Assembly: GCA_028023455.1 (NCBI GenBank)
Contig: JAQFVV010000005.1
Span: 6,696,001-6,760,000 of the forward strand
DNA: 64,000 nt
Reading direction: 5' to 3'
Source: Epiperipatus broadwayi
Taxonomy: Eukaryota; Animalia; Onychophora
The position numbers and the translations under genes are program-made. Under the pieces are notes generated by a model. The model saw only the letters and a list, made by a program, of their open reading frames with translations. It searched no databases and was not told the DNA's origin. Below are positions 1 through 12,895 of the stretch, piece by piece. Within the stretch, counting starts at the first letter, position 1. Every line of letters begins with the position of its first letter.

Positions 1-559
1 TGATTTTCAAGAAAGAGATAGATTATTTACATTGCAGGATTATCTTAAAGACATTCTAAAGAGATGTGCTATTAATTGTTTCCATTGGGAAGATTGAAGA
101 GTTACATTCAGACATGGAGTCAGAAAAAAAAAGATTTCTACTGAAGAAATTAAAAGAAAGCATTACAAAAAATCAACAGGCAGAAGAATAGATTGACATA
201 ATCTGTATATGAATATATTTGTGGTTCATAGCTTGGTTCATAAAGTTATTTCAAAACTCATTTCTAGAGTAATTTCTTCTCTTATCTTTACTACAATTTG
301 AATGGTGACCCTTATTTATGAGTAACTGTTATGTATAAGAATGTCAAACACTTAAAATATATAAAATAAAGTTAGTTAATAGTCATCCATAAATGCATAG
401 AGAAAATCAATAAACATTTCATTATTATGCAATTATTCATATTGGAATAAAGATCCTCCATATATAAATATAATGATTTTTAAGATTTAAATTAGAAGTG
501 TGTGATTTTATTCAAGAGAGAAGAATTAAAATTTAAAAATTATATAGTTGCATATATGT

Positions 560-2250
560 TATGTATAGTATGCATAGGTTTTTAACCCATGAAGATAGAA
601 CAATTTATAGTAATTAGTTCCATGAGATACAGTTCCTGACACTCTATTTATAATTCATAGTAAATGGAAATAAAGAAAAATCATTTTGCAGTTTTTCCAT
701 ATAAATTTATAATAAAGTAATATAAATATCAATATACTATAGTGATTACAAAAACATATATTTATATTTTTACTAAGGTTAAAATTTATAGAGATAATAA
801 TCCATTGAGATTATTATTTAGTTTTAGTGATTCTATTTGACAAAAATTCTGTAAATATTTAAATAAATGGATAGGAAATATCATAGGATACAAAGAATTT
901 TATATAAAAAATGTAAATCGTACTATAAATAAATTAAACAATATAAAATTGAATAGAAAACAAAGTATTTTTACAATAAATATAGAAAAAAATATATTCC
1001 AAGAATTAAAAATATACAAATAATAATACAAAATTTATATCAATATGTAACTGCTATAAACATAATAAATATTATAGAAGGTATAACATATTTTAAATCC
1101 AATAATGAATTTTGGAATCTACATAAAGGTCTTTGTTATGAGTTGTGCATTTAGTGGGTGAATGTCTTAAATATTTATAAATTAATTAGAAAATATTATA
1201 ATTACAAAAAGAATAATACATTAATATAGATATGTACAAGATAGTTTAATAATTGTGTAACAGAACAGCTATGAATAATATTTATTAATGATTTTACTAA
1301 TAACCAATATATATAATTTAAAATTTACAATAGTACAATTTGAAGATAAAATTAAGTATTTAGATATAGAAATTCACATTGATAATAACATAATTATATT
1401 AAAACATTACATTTAAAAAAATAAATTCAAAAAAAAATTCCTATTGATTCACAACAAGAATGGGTCCAAAAGATGACAGCTATTAAATGTTTTATATACA
1501 AAAATGATAAATATAATACAGATAAAAATGTAGCTAATTTACAAAAGAAACAGTTTATTGAATTAAATAAAGATTATGGAAATAATCCTAGAAATGTTAA
1601 ATATATACTTTGTAAATGTAAAAAATCTGTATTAAATAATAACTTCTATGTGAAATGATTATAATTATAATAATAATTATAATAAAAATCCATAAAAATT
1701 GCATATTATCCTAAATTTAATATCTTATATAAAAACAAAAATTATATTGATAAAATATAAATATTGAATAATCAAATAGTAAAAGTCTAGTCAAGTGTTG
1801 TTAGCTGAGAGGTCATTGCACCCGCCTTGCAAGCAAGTAGTTGGTTGCAGACGGGTGTGGGTTCGCGTCCCGGCCGATGCTATGACATATGAGAAAAAAA
1901 AAAAAAAATAGTAAAAGTCTAAAAAAATTACCACGTAATTTTAAAATAAAAGATGTTATGAAATATAAAAAATGAATCATATATAAAATTGTGATAATAG
2001 TAATTTGATTTACTATGAACATACAGGAAAAAATAATAATAATAATACAATCTGCTTTATACATTGATTACTTAACATATGGAAATAAAATAGCTTTTAT
2101 AAAAATAATTAATTTTTAAATTACATTAAAAGCCCAACAAAAAAAAGATAGATAAAACAAATTGTATTAAGCATATCAAAGATGATTATAAAACTTCAAT
2201 AAATTTAATTAATAACCAATAGAAAATTATACTGTAAGATAGTATCTATA
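560..2250 (+). mobile_element. Decayed Penelope-like retroelement remnant (RT + GIY-YIG), interrupted by a SINE
   Basis: Frameshifted translations give NNPLRLLFSFSDS (~793-834, PLE RT 'PLRPIVS'-like), YRYVQDSLII (1225-1254, YxDD motif variant), IPIDSQQEWVQKMTAIKCFIY (thumb-like, includes the 1473 ORF) and IYKI/CDNSNLIYYEHTGK (~1975-2030, GIY-YIG-like). Motif order matches PLEs. Boundaries approximate. Confidence 0.6.
1790..1905 (+). mobile_element. tRNA-Gly-derived SINE with poly(A) tail and 16-bp TSD
   Basis: AAATAGTAAAAGTCTA at 1774-1789 and 1906-1921. A-box-like TAGCTGAGAGG and B-box-like GGTTCGCGTCC. The 3' CCCGGCCGATGC matches the arthropod tRNA-Gly(GCC) 3' end. A-rich tail. Related copy at 18420. 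Confidence 0.85.
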
Positions 2251-2404
2251 CAACATTGTATTAAATTCTTTTACCAATACTATATAATTGTTGTGTTATA
2301 TAAGTAATTTATTGCAGCTTTTGTTGAATTTATAATAATTTGATTAGTGTTATATAATAATTTTATTTTTATTTACTTTTCATTATATTTAATCCATTTA
2401 ATAA

Positions 2405-3160
2405 TAGTTCATATATAGATGAAATTAATACGGAATTACTGAAAACTCCTAGTGGGCTATATATATACTAACTATCAGCAAATGTAAAATATAGAATGAG
2501 TTCACTTACACTTTACATTTCATCTCATATAAGCATAACATTTATTGATGTACTTACACACTGAGCTTGATTTATATATACTTATGTAATTTCAGGACTA
2601 CTATAAGCTATTCTAAAGTAACTATAACCAGAGAGAAAGGCTGGGACTCATAATTAACAATCTCTAAACTTTAAATCAATCTGTTAATAGACAAATAAAT
2701 ATAACTTTTGGATGTGTGAGCTATATGTACACTAATGCAAACATAAAATATAGAATGAACCCATCTAAATTTTAGATTTGATCTTATATAAGAATTTTAT
2801 ATTTGCTGACAATTTTATATACAATTTGATAAGAGTTTTAAATATTTCTGTATTAATTTTACCTATATGCGAGCTATCAAAAAGTTATATTTACATCAAT
2901 TAACTGAAGATTGATTTAATATTCAGAGGTTGTTAAATATGAAGCTCAGCTTTTCCTATTGATTGGTTATAGTGAAGTTAGTATCTATAAATTATTCTCA
3001 GCATGTAAGTATAACAGTAAAGGTTGTGCTTATATAAGATCAAAGCTAAGGTAAAGGTGAGTTCACTCTACATTTTATATTTGCTGACAGTTAGTTTATA
3101 TATAGCTCGCTGGGGTTTTTCAGTACTTCTGCCTTAATTTTATATATTTATTATTATTTC
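2405..3160. repeat. Composite foldback element (imperfect ~160-bp inverted arms plus internal partial arm copies)
   Basis: ~2410-2570 is the reverse complement of ~2995-3160 (e.g. ACTATCAGCAAATGTAAAAT vs ATTTTATATTTGCTGACAGT). 2715-2870 holds a direct then an inverted partial copy of the arm. Confidence 0.65.
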
Positions 3161-3191
3161 TTTCTAATATAAAAAAAATAGATATTACTAT

Positions 3192-4816
3192 GTCATCATC
3201 ATCATCATCGACCATTATCAATCCACTGCAGGATGAAGGTCTCTCCAAGTTTAACCCATCTTCTCCGATCTTTAGCTTCTCTTCTCCACATCACCCCTGC
3301 ACACTTTCTTATTTCATCCATTCATCTCACATGTGGTCTCTTTCTGGGTCATTTACAATCTCTTAGAATCCAGTTTAAGATTTCAATTGTCCATCTATTA
3401 TCATTTCTTCTAGCAATATATCCAGCCCAACTCCATTTCAATCTTTTAATTTTTCAATGAGGTCAGTAACACCTGTCTCTTACCCATACATTGCGTTTTT
3501 GATCTCTTCTTGTTACTCCCAACATGCATCTCTCCATATTTCTTTGAGTGGTCTGAAGTCTCTGTATTGCTCTTCTATTAAGTGTCCAAGTCTCAGATCC
3601 ATAAGTAAGAACTGGTAAAACACATTTATTAAAAACCTTCCTTTTCAAACACATAGGTATATTTCCTTAGTATCAAGTTATTTCTACCAAAAGCACTCCA
3701 ACCAAGTTTAATTCTATGATTAATTTCATCTATTATGTTTCCATCTGTATTAATAATCTGACCAAGGTATTTGTAACTGTTAACTTCTTCTAATTCATCA
3801 TAATCAATCTTTATTTTCATATTTTGAGCAAATCAATTAAACATTACTTTAGTCTTTTTAACATTTATCTTTAGTCCTACTTTCATCTGATAACTCCTGC
3901 AACATTTCCTGCAGCTCTGAATCATTATTTGCAAAAACAACTACATCATCTGCAAAATCTAAATGACTTAAATAATCTCCATTTACTTTCACTCCTTTAG
4001 TTTCCCATTTTAATCCACAAAATACTTCTTGCAACACTGCTGTAAAACGTTTTGGAGTCACCTTGTCTTACACCCTGCTCTATGTTGATTTTCCCAGTAT
4101 CACTATGTAATCTAATTGTTGCTGTTGCATTTTTATAAATATTCTTTAAAATATGACAATATCCTGGATCTATACCTTGATGATCCAATGCTTTAATCAC
4201 TGAAGAAATGTTTATAGAATCAAATGCCTTTTCATAATCTACAAATCCAAAACATAATGGCAACTCATATTCATTTGTCCTTTCTATAACTTCTCTCAAT
4301 ACTTAAATATGATTTATTGTACTAAAACCACTTTTAAATCCAGTTTGTTCTCGTGATTGGTGGAAATCCAATGTTCTCTGTAGATGAGTTGTAATTATCT
4401 TGGTAAAAATTTTGTATAAAACTGATAAAGGGCTGATAGGTCTGTAATTTCTAATATCTTCTTTATCACCTTTTTTAAATATAAATATTATTACTTCATT
4501 CTTCCAATCATCTGGTACATCTTTATTATTTAGACATTTGGTATATAACTTTGCTAAATTTTTTTCTATTTTTTCACCTGCTTCTTTTAATATACCAATT
4601 ATAATTCCATCATTACCTGGAACCTTTGCATGTTTCAGTTCTTCATTTAAAATTCTGAGCAATTCAGAAGATGTAATAGATATAGGAGGTAGTTGACATT
4701 TATTACTATATAATTCTTGATAAAAGTCTTCTACCCATTTTATGATGTCATTTTTCTTTTTAGTAATAATTCCATCTTTTTTTCTTATTGCAGATATAAA
4801 TTTCCTACTGAAACAG
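3192..4816 (-). mobile_element. 5'-truncated RTE-clade LINE (frameshifted reverse transcriptase) with (ATG)n 3' tail
   Basis: Minus ORFs 3463-4662 carry RT motifs NYRPISPL, DYEKAFDS, GVRQGD, FADD and CVLPVLTYGSETW. The plus strand begins with (CAT)n followed by CCACTGCAGGATGAAGGTCTCTCC, the typical RTE 3' end. Confidence 0.92.
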
Positions 4817-7800
4817 TAAGATTCGTATTCGAATCTTAAGTTTCACCTTTTTCTGTCGTCTCTCACTGACTGGTCTATCCCGCCCAAATTTAAACTTTTT
4901 GATATCGAATTGTGTGTGTGTAGCAATATTAAAATGTATAAATATATGTAGAATTCAGCATAAACATGCACACATTTCGATCTCAAATTAAACGCAATAA
5001 ATAGGGATAAAATAATATAATTTAGATTTCTTTTAGTTATATAATTTTGTATAATTTTAATCATTTATTTTGCATTATAAAGTTGGTATTTATTGCTTTG
5101 TTTAAATTTCGTTTAATAATAATTCTAAAAAAATCTGATGTAATATTTAATTAAAAGTTAAAATAATCTTATGAAATTTAAAAGCATCGGTCAGTGATAG
5201 ATAATAGATTAATTAAAAAAAAATTCCCCAAAATTAATTAGTAAATGTAAAATGTAAAGAATAGAACGGCAGCTTTCTTTAATTAAAAACCAACTAAATG
5301 CATTGATTATCCTCAGGGCAGATTAAGTAGAACCTAAAAATATCTTAACAAAAATGTGAAAGATCAAGATAAAAAAAGAGGCCATCTTAGACTTGCTGGA
5401 GACATTCACTTAAACGTTAGCTTTGCTCTCGATCACTGAGAGTCTCCAAAAATAATAAAATAATTTGCTCCTGTCAAGGTATGACCGAGTAAAGCACCTA
5501 GATTATTCTCCATCGGGAGATGGCCTATCGGATGCTGAACTTTCCATTGCCCGTCATAAATTCACCATGAAGATCTGCTGCCTGAAATGAATGAGAAAGC
5601 TGCTGCTGCCATGAAATTAAAGAAATATCTAAATATAAGAAAGACTTGCCACTCGTGAACCTTTTGCTGATAAACTCATGGAATAAGAAAACTTCTAATA
5701 AAACAGGTACTTGTCTGTGTTCAAACTCTAGAGTACTCTAATAACATGCTATAGCTCTTCTTTATACTACTTATCTAAATTATAAAATGTAAAACTACCA
5801 TATGTATAACTAAAACTGAATAATTAATTTAATATGTTAATTTCTCTAATAATCTAGCTTATCTCACTCTGTCTTTCTTGGGTGCGTATTTCTCAAATCT
5901 ACATTCTATCTATAGTTATTATTTACTTATTGCATGCTCATAATCGTCTCAAATTTCAAAGTTTAAATCTATGATCGCTTAAAACAATGAATGCGTGTCA
6001 AATTTTCATTAATATTTACTTTCTTTCATAACTTAACTTTCATATAAATCGACACGCATTCAATGCTTCATTTATTGTAATGCAGGGTCTACTACTTCGC
6101 AAATGGCTGGCATATTAGTTGTAATAACTCCCAGTTTATATATATTTTGTATTTATTAAATTTAATGAATAATTCTAGAAAATCCCATTTCTTTGAGAGT
6201 CGCCAGGGTTCTTGAGTAAATGTTGGTAATGTAGGGCCAAGTCAGAAATCTATTTAAATCTCATCATAACCGTTTATACAGTATACATGTGTTACATTTT
6301 AGAGACGCGATGACCCATTCCGCCGTGAAATTTCCAGATTCTTCAGGGTTGAAATTAACCCCAGTCGTCCTACACAAGCGGGCATAATGGGTGCTCCCGT
6401 AGGACTTGACAACGTCATGCAGCCAGCTGGAAAAACTGCGACACGGACCGCTTGTCCCTGGTTATGCTTATGTGACACCTTACTTCGTCGGGTCGAGGCC
6501 GAGACCAACCTGACATTCTTATAAACCCATTCGCGGCATTGCAGTTTCGATATACTGCCAGTCCATATCGCCTTTCTAAAGCATACCACGTGTTCCTTTG
6601 CTCAATTCTATTATTCTATATATCACTCCGCCTCTGCATTATCTTCGTAATTCACTCTCAAATAAATGTTTGCCCTTAGTCATAAATAAATATTTTAATT
6701 AAATAAATATATGTCCGCCACTACTCTTAAATCTTACTTTAGACTCTTGCATTGCAAAGGTATAAATTCCCCAAGGCATGCATTAGAAATACTTACTCGA
6801 GAATTTTTAGGTAGCTAGATTATGCAAACAAATAAGTGAATTCCTTTTGTAAACATTTCAGTATCGGAAATACCGCTACTGAAATCCTCAATATAAAATA
6901 ATGTCTAAATAAATAAATGTGTTCTTTAAAATATAATCATGTCGCAAATCCCGCTACTGAAGTTGTTAGGCCATAAAATATTATTAGTAAATAAATGATT
7001 TTATTAAAATGTATTAATAAATAATTTTAAACTATATGTCTGCAGTTACGTTTCATTTATTCGATGCCCACTCTAGATAATATTTCCTCGATTATGTAAA
7101 TATGAATGTTTAATTAATATTAGTTTGATTATTGGCTAACTCGAGAATAAAATCATGAGTCTCTTGCATATCCCTGACCACCGTGCCTAAGGAAATATTT
7201 ACTAATGTCGCATCAGATGCGTTGTTTCGTGGATTGTATTGTGGAACCGATAAACTGTGTTCGAACTCAGTACCACGGGTGGCTTCGCTACTCGATGGTG
7301 CTGCTGTTCTGTATGGTGGTCGAATTCTGCACTATGTTTACGAGTCACACGTTTTCTGACCATTACACTACCAATACCAAAATGTTGTTTTACATTCTTG
7401 AAACTTTAACAGTTAAAACAGATCATGTTTATCATTGAAGAAGGCATAAAATGTTGTGCTAAAAAGGATTTTCTCTACAGTTCTATATATATAATCACTG
7501 TTATATAACGACATTTATATTACTTTATTATAAATTTGTAAAATATATGTAACCGAATGTTTTTCAAGAATTTTTTTTTTAGCTCTTGAATAGAATTATG
7601 CATTTCTAAATAAAGTATTAAATGTCATCATATTGACATGTGGAGAAGAGAAATTGATGCAATTTCTAAAGTCAATTGATCAAATCTCTGTTCCAGGAAA
7701 ATACTTTATCATGATAACATGATTGTTTTCCTCTATTCATTGATATGGGTGATTATCTATTTATTCACTTATATCTTTGAAAATGATTTGTTTCTCAAAC

Positions 7801-8067
7801 TTTGTTACAAAGTGTCACTATAATTATTATCATTAAAAATATGAATTTTATATAGTTATTTTATTTACTATATAAATCTATTTTTTATATATACTTACCT
7901 ATAAACATACATACACATATTACATATATTTGTATATCAAGCAAAATATCCATTATAGTTATTTATTTAATAATAAAATAATAAAGTATTATTGTGATAA
8001 TTAATAATAATAATAATAAAATATAGAATTATTTTAAAAGGTTTCCAGTTGAAATTGCTTATTATAT

Positions 8068-8108
8068 TCACATACACTCATACACACACACACATATATA
8101 TATATATT
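8068..8108. repeat. Compound (CA)n(TA)n microsatellite
   Basis: cacatacactcatacacacacacacatatatatatata read directly. Confidence 0.85.
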
Positions 8109-9655
8109 CAAAACCATTCATATAAATAAATAAAGAATTTTTTAATTATTATTTAACAAAAATTACTACAAAGTTGATAATCATGAATATAATTTAATGC
8201 ACTAAAAGTATAAATATTTTCAAAAAATAAATATTAAATAGACTCTTTTTTAATATATTAATATTAACATTAATTTTATTTATGCCCTCTATAGAAATTT
8301 TCACAATCATTTAAATTGTAGTGTTTGATGAAAAAAATCAATTAAATAATAACTCTTAAAAGATCATAAAAATTTCTTTAGAGAACTTTAAAACATGGAC
8401 ATTAATATTATTATATATTTGTGTGGGGTTTAATTATATTCTTATATACACAAGTTTATTAAAAGTGAGATTCTGTTTCTATTGTTGGATAATTGATTAT
8501 TAATTTAATAATTATTAATGCTACATTTTCATCTACTGGATACATTAAGGTCATTCTGGTTTTTCACTAATGTTGGCAAGAGTAAAATTATAAACATCAA
8601 CAGTTTAAGAAATAGGTAGATTTAATCTATTGTTAATTCTTGTTAAACATACCGATTATTTATTCACATTCTCATAGAAAGTAGTTTGTTCCTCTCAATT
8701 TTTATACATTAATCATAAATAATTTTGTTCCAGAATTATTATTTTGTTTAAGGTATATTTTTTTCATTCGTAGAGATTGTTTTATTTTACTGTTTTATGT
8801 TTACTAAAACATATTTTAATATCATTTTCATTAAATCTGTCTTCAGTTTTGAGGATGAGTATTTGTAGATTTATGTAATGTTATTATATATATTATGTAA
8901 AAAAATAATGTAACATAATTGTTATTTAGATATGAAGAAGGTTAGGTTGAAACTGTTCACCAGGGATTTACTTAAAAAATTGCGAAAAGTGTGGAGGAAA
9001 AGTGTATTTTTACAAGGACCATACATGCAATTTAATAAATTTCAGTTTTGATTACAACAATCTTTGTATGTCATAACTTATCAAATAGATATATAATTTT
9101 GATCAGTCTTTAAGAGTTCAAAAAATGCTTGTTATTAAGACTAAAACTAATCTGAAAGATTTTAAAGAAAAAACATATATATCAGCTAGTGATTGACTAG
9201 TTTTTAAATAATATTCATTATTAAAAAAGTGCCCTTATTAACTATACTTAAGATTAAAAACACGAATTACAATAAACCTAAATAAAATATCTACTACATC
9301 TATCATGATAATACTTCCACATGTATTCAGTTCAATTAATTTATTAGTTCATAACAATGATATCACATATTTATCTATATCATGAATTTGGAGAAAGAAG
9401 GAAAGATGAGAGAATGTCTTACAATATACAATAACCACTATTACAAAACGGAAAGAATAATTACTTTTAGAAAAAAAGACCTTTTTAAAAAAATTGTAAA
9501 ATATTATTATATAATTAAATTTATTTCAATTTTATCCATTATTCTATTCTTTAAAATTACTTAATTTTTTTTCCTCCTACCTTTTACCATTATCAGTTTC
9601 TATCATAATTACTTTTGTACAAAGTAAATTGAATGATTCAGTTTGTATTCTAATA

Positions 9656-10622
9656 CACCTGGGTCTCTTTTTACGCAGACTTATTTAACACGATTTTGAA
9701 GTTACGTGATTCGTGTTTCACCGGAAGTTGAACTCCGATATTGCGCTATTACTTTAAATAATAAATTTCGCGCACTCATGTTATATTGAAAGTAATAGCA
9801 CATTATTGAAATTCGACTTTCAACTTAGTAATTTCAATATTTTCAGTGCTTTATAATAGTAAGATTTTATGCAATAATGAAATTAAAATCATGATTTCCA
9901 CATTTTATGTATACACACATTAAATTTTACAAGATTATAATGTAAATTTGTTCAAACATTGTGTGTGTTAATTTTGCATTTTAAATCACATTCTGTTTTT
10001 GCTTTTTAAAAAAGAACGTTTAATCAATTATTAATCATTTAGTGTCCGCAAGTTTATTTTTAAAAGATGAGTAATAGCAGTGGGCACAATTAAAATTGAA
10101 AATTAAAGACAAAAATAAGAATTTAATTTTTAGTTGTTAGATTAATTACTAATTACGTTGTCATCAGAAAACCATTAATTAACACAACATGAGAGTGACA
10201 TTGGCGCTAGTTATATTTCATCTTGTGAAGAATCTGATTTTTTTATCAGTTTGCAAACAAACTTGTTTACCGGCAAATAGCGATAATAATTAAAACGTGT
10301 ATAAAAAAATATAAATTACTGTAAATTATGCATAAAAATATATTGTTTTGAATAAAATTAAATATTATAGTTAAAAAAAGTTTGTCTAGTATCAATTTTT
10401 TTCAAATTTGAAAATTTTTATCAGTCATATTTTATTTCCTTATTTTTTTTTTGCATGAAATTTAAAGTAAATTTTAGGTTGGTGCTTTGCTTTTACGCGA
10501 GTTTTGAAAAATCACAGTCCATATCCCCCCTTTTTCAAGGCAAGTTACGTCTATTTTTGCACGATTTCGTTTGCGCGTGTTTTCTGAGGAACCTATCTAT
10601 CGCGTAAAACGAGACCCAGGTG
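9656..10622. mobile_element. Non-autonomous Tc1/mariner-superfamily (pogo/Tigger-like) element with TA TSD
   Basis: TA|CACCTGGGTCTCTTTTTACGC ... GCGTAAAACGAGACCCAGGTG|TA. Subterminal TTTTACGCG repeats. CpG-rich interior with no ORF. Confidence 0.82.
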
Positions 10623-10968
10623 TAATTTCATTAATAAATTATTTTTTTCACCAATTCTTTCTATACTTAATATATTGTTAATATTATCCACACAATTAAT
10701 ATTATTTATTCCTTTATAAAATTATATCTTCAAAGGCTCAAATCTTTTCCTAATTGTCCTGCATTTGTGTTCAATATAATTAATACAAGAAGTTTCTTTT
10801 CTCAATATAATTTCAATTCACCACAAACCTTAATATTTCTATTTATCCATTAAACTTTTCAAACTAATTTCTTTATTATTATGTCTTACATTAGCTATCC
10901 AATTTTTTAAATATTTACAATCATATATCTATTCTATAACTTATTTTAAGCTGATCTTCAAATAAACT

Positions 10969-11058
10969 GGCAAAACTCCGCATACAGTAGTGCCGCTCAG
11001 TGCAAGTCAAAGTAATCAATAGATGCTTGTGTGGCATTACTATATGGAGAGTTTTGCC
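10969..11058. mobile_element. Short internally deleted member of the 36.3/41.1 kb palindromic family (outer ends only, no ribozyme)
   Basis: GGCAAAACTCCGCATACAGTAGTGCC ... GGCATTACTATATGGAGAGTTTTGCC. The interior CTCAGTGCAAGTCAAAGTAATCAAT matches the arm of the 36273 element. Confidence 0.75.
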
Positions 11059-11371
11059 TGTTTTGACAGATTGAGCAGGCATAAGAAATGGTGATCATGT
11101 GATGTTTACTATCTTCAAATGTTGAAAATTTGTTAAATGGTCACTTCAGTTATTTATGTAAATGTATTAATTTGAACACAAATCATTTAAATAAAAATGA
11201 ATTGTTTTATCATATTATAATAGGTACAGGTTGGCTGATTTAATATTCCAGAAGATGCAAGTTTTCTGGCAAATTACTAATCATTTATTTATTTAAAAAA
11301 AAAAAAAAAATTATCTCTTTAAAGGTCATCCTTACCAGTTTTAAAATATTGTCAAACTAAACTTTAATTTA

Positions 11372-12895
11372 TCATGTGAAGTGTACAAGAATCTCAAGAA
11401 CATCATAATTAGTGAAATGATTAGCTTCATGACATTTCATAATACTGATATCTGCATTCTGATAATCACATAAATGACACTTAAGCACTTGACTAATATA
11501 ACCAACTGTCAATAAATCTTTAATTTCCTGCTTATTTTGATTAAAAGTTAAATCAGAATGTTTTTTATGAATATTTTTTTTATGACATCTCAGATCACTC
11601 TGAGAGCTTGTTTTATAATCACATAAGCTACATTGGAAAGGTCTTGTTTCAGTATGTGCCTTTTGATGTATTTTAAAAGCATATTTTGCAGTAGTCTTAT
11701 AATTACACAAACTACAATGATGCAGTTCTTTTCCTATATGTGATCTTTCATGTACTTTAATATATTTTTTGTCAGCAGTCTTGTAATCACACATGGTACA
11801 GTGAAAAGGTTTTACTTCTGAATGGGTTATTTCGTGGTTTTTCAAATAAGATTTAGCAGCAGTTTTGAAGTCACATAAGCTGCAATGAAAAGGTTTGTCA
11901 CCTGTATGGGAACTTTCATGAATTCTTAGTAAACTTTTAAAAACAGTCTTATATTCACAAAAGTTACAATGAAAAGGTTTTTCTCCTGTATGAGTACATA
12001 TATGAATTTTCAAACTGTTTTTAACAGAAGTCTTATAATCACACAAGTGGCACTGAAATGGTTTTTCTCCTGTATGTGTACTTTTATGGACTTTTAATCT
12101 ATATTTAATAGCTGCAGTATAATTACACAAATTGCACTGGAAAGGTTTTTCTTTAGTATGTTTTCTTTCATGTATTTTTAAATATTTTACTTCAGCAGCC
12201 TTGTAATCACACATGAGGCAATGAAAAGGTTTTTCTTGTGAATGTGTTTTTTCATGCATTTTAAATCTATACTTTAAAGCAGTTTTGTAATCACATAAAT
12301 TGCAACAGAAAGGTTTATCTCCTGTATGAGCATTTTCATGAATTTTTAACCTAGTTTTCCCAGTAGTCTTATAGTCACACAAAGTACAATGGAAAGGTTT
12401 TTCACCTGTATGTATTCCTTCGTGCATTTTTAATTTACTTTTCTCAGTAGCACTGTAATTACAAAAGTTGCAATGAAATGGCTTTATTCCCAAATGAATC
12501 CTTTCATGTACTTGTAATCTATTTCTAACTGCAGTCTTATAGTCACAAAAGTTACAACGAAATGGTGTTTCTCCAGTATGCTTATATTTATGAACTTTCA
12601 ATCCATCTTTAAAAGCAGTCTTATAATCACACAAATTGCACTGAAAAAGCTTTTCTCCTGTATGTGTACTTTGATGTGTTTTTAATCCACCTTTCCTGGC
12701 AGATTTATAATCACATAAACTACAACGAAAGGGTTTTTCTCCTGTATGTTTTCTTTCATGCAGTTTTAGCTGACTCTTGTGAGCAGCACTAAAATTACAA
12801 ATGCTGCATTGGAAAGGTTTTTCTTCTGTGTGAGATTTGCCATTATAAAAATGAGATGTGAGTAATTTTTCTTCTGCAGAAATAGTTTTATCCAT
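11372..12895 (-). CDS. C2H2 zinc-finger protein (paralog 1): 15 tandem fingers plus a separate C-terminal finger-like module
   Basis: Intact ORF with repeated CxxC-x12-HxxxH and TGEKP-type linkers. The ORF track starts at a TTG (12988). The first in-frame ATG (12895, MDKTISAEEK) aligns with the second Met of paralogs 2 and 3. Confidence 0.93.
   Translation of the reverse strand: MDKTISAEEKLLTSHFYNGKSHTEEKPFQCSICNFSAAHKSQLKLHERKHTGEKPFRCSLCDYKSARKGGLKTHQSTHTGEKLFQCNLCDYKTAFKDGLKVHKYKHTGETPFRCNFCDYKTAVRNRLQVHERIHLGIKPFHCNFCNYSATEKSKLKMHEGIHTGEKPFHCTLCDYKTTGKTRLKIHENAHTGDKPFCCNLCDYKTALKYRFKMHEKTHSQEKPFHCLMCDYKAAEVKYLKIHERKHTKEKPFQCNLCNYTAAIKYRLKVHKSTHTGEKPFQCHLCDYKTSVKNSLKIHICTHTGEKPFHCNFCEYKTVFKSLLRIHESSHTGDKPFHCSLCDFKTAAKSYLKNHEITHSEVKPFHCTMCDYKTADKKYIKVHERSHIGKELHHCSLCNYKTTAKYAFKIHQKAHTETRPFQCSLCDYKTSSQSDLRCHKKNIHKKHSDLTFNQNKQEIKDLLTVGYISQVLKCHLCDYQNADISIMKCHEANHFTNYDVLEILVHFT

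Noticed and set aside
1790-1890. Functional tRNA gene (Gly or Ala, possibly intron-containing)
   Set aside because: Poly(A) tail, TSDs, mismatched T-stem, non-canonical T-loop and disrupted D/anticodon arms indicate a retroposed derivative.
1813-2064. Minus ORFs ending in CHSIGRDANP (also 18332-18604)
   Set aside because: The shared peptide is just the antisense reading of the SINE 3' end; the rest is AT-rich noise.
6543-6585. GTTTC-GATAT...ATATC hairpin resembling a minus-strand hammerhead
   Set aside because: The 5' core reads CTTTAGA and spacing is wrong; too degenerate to call.
6299-6589. 96-aa minus ORF as a real gene
   Set aside because: GTG start, no recognisable domain, and other frames are equally open.
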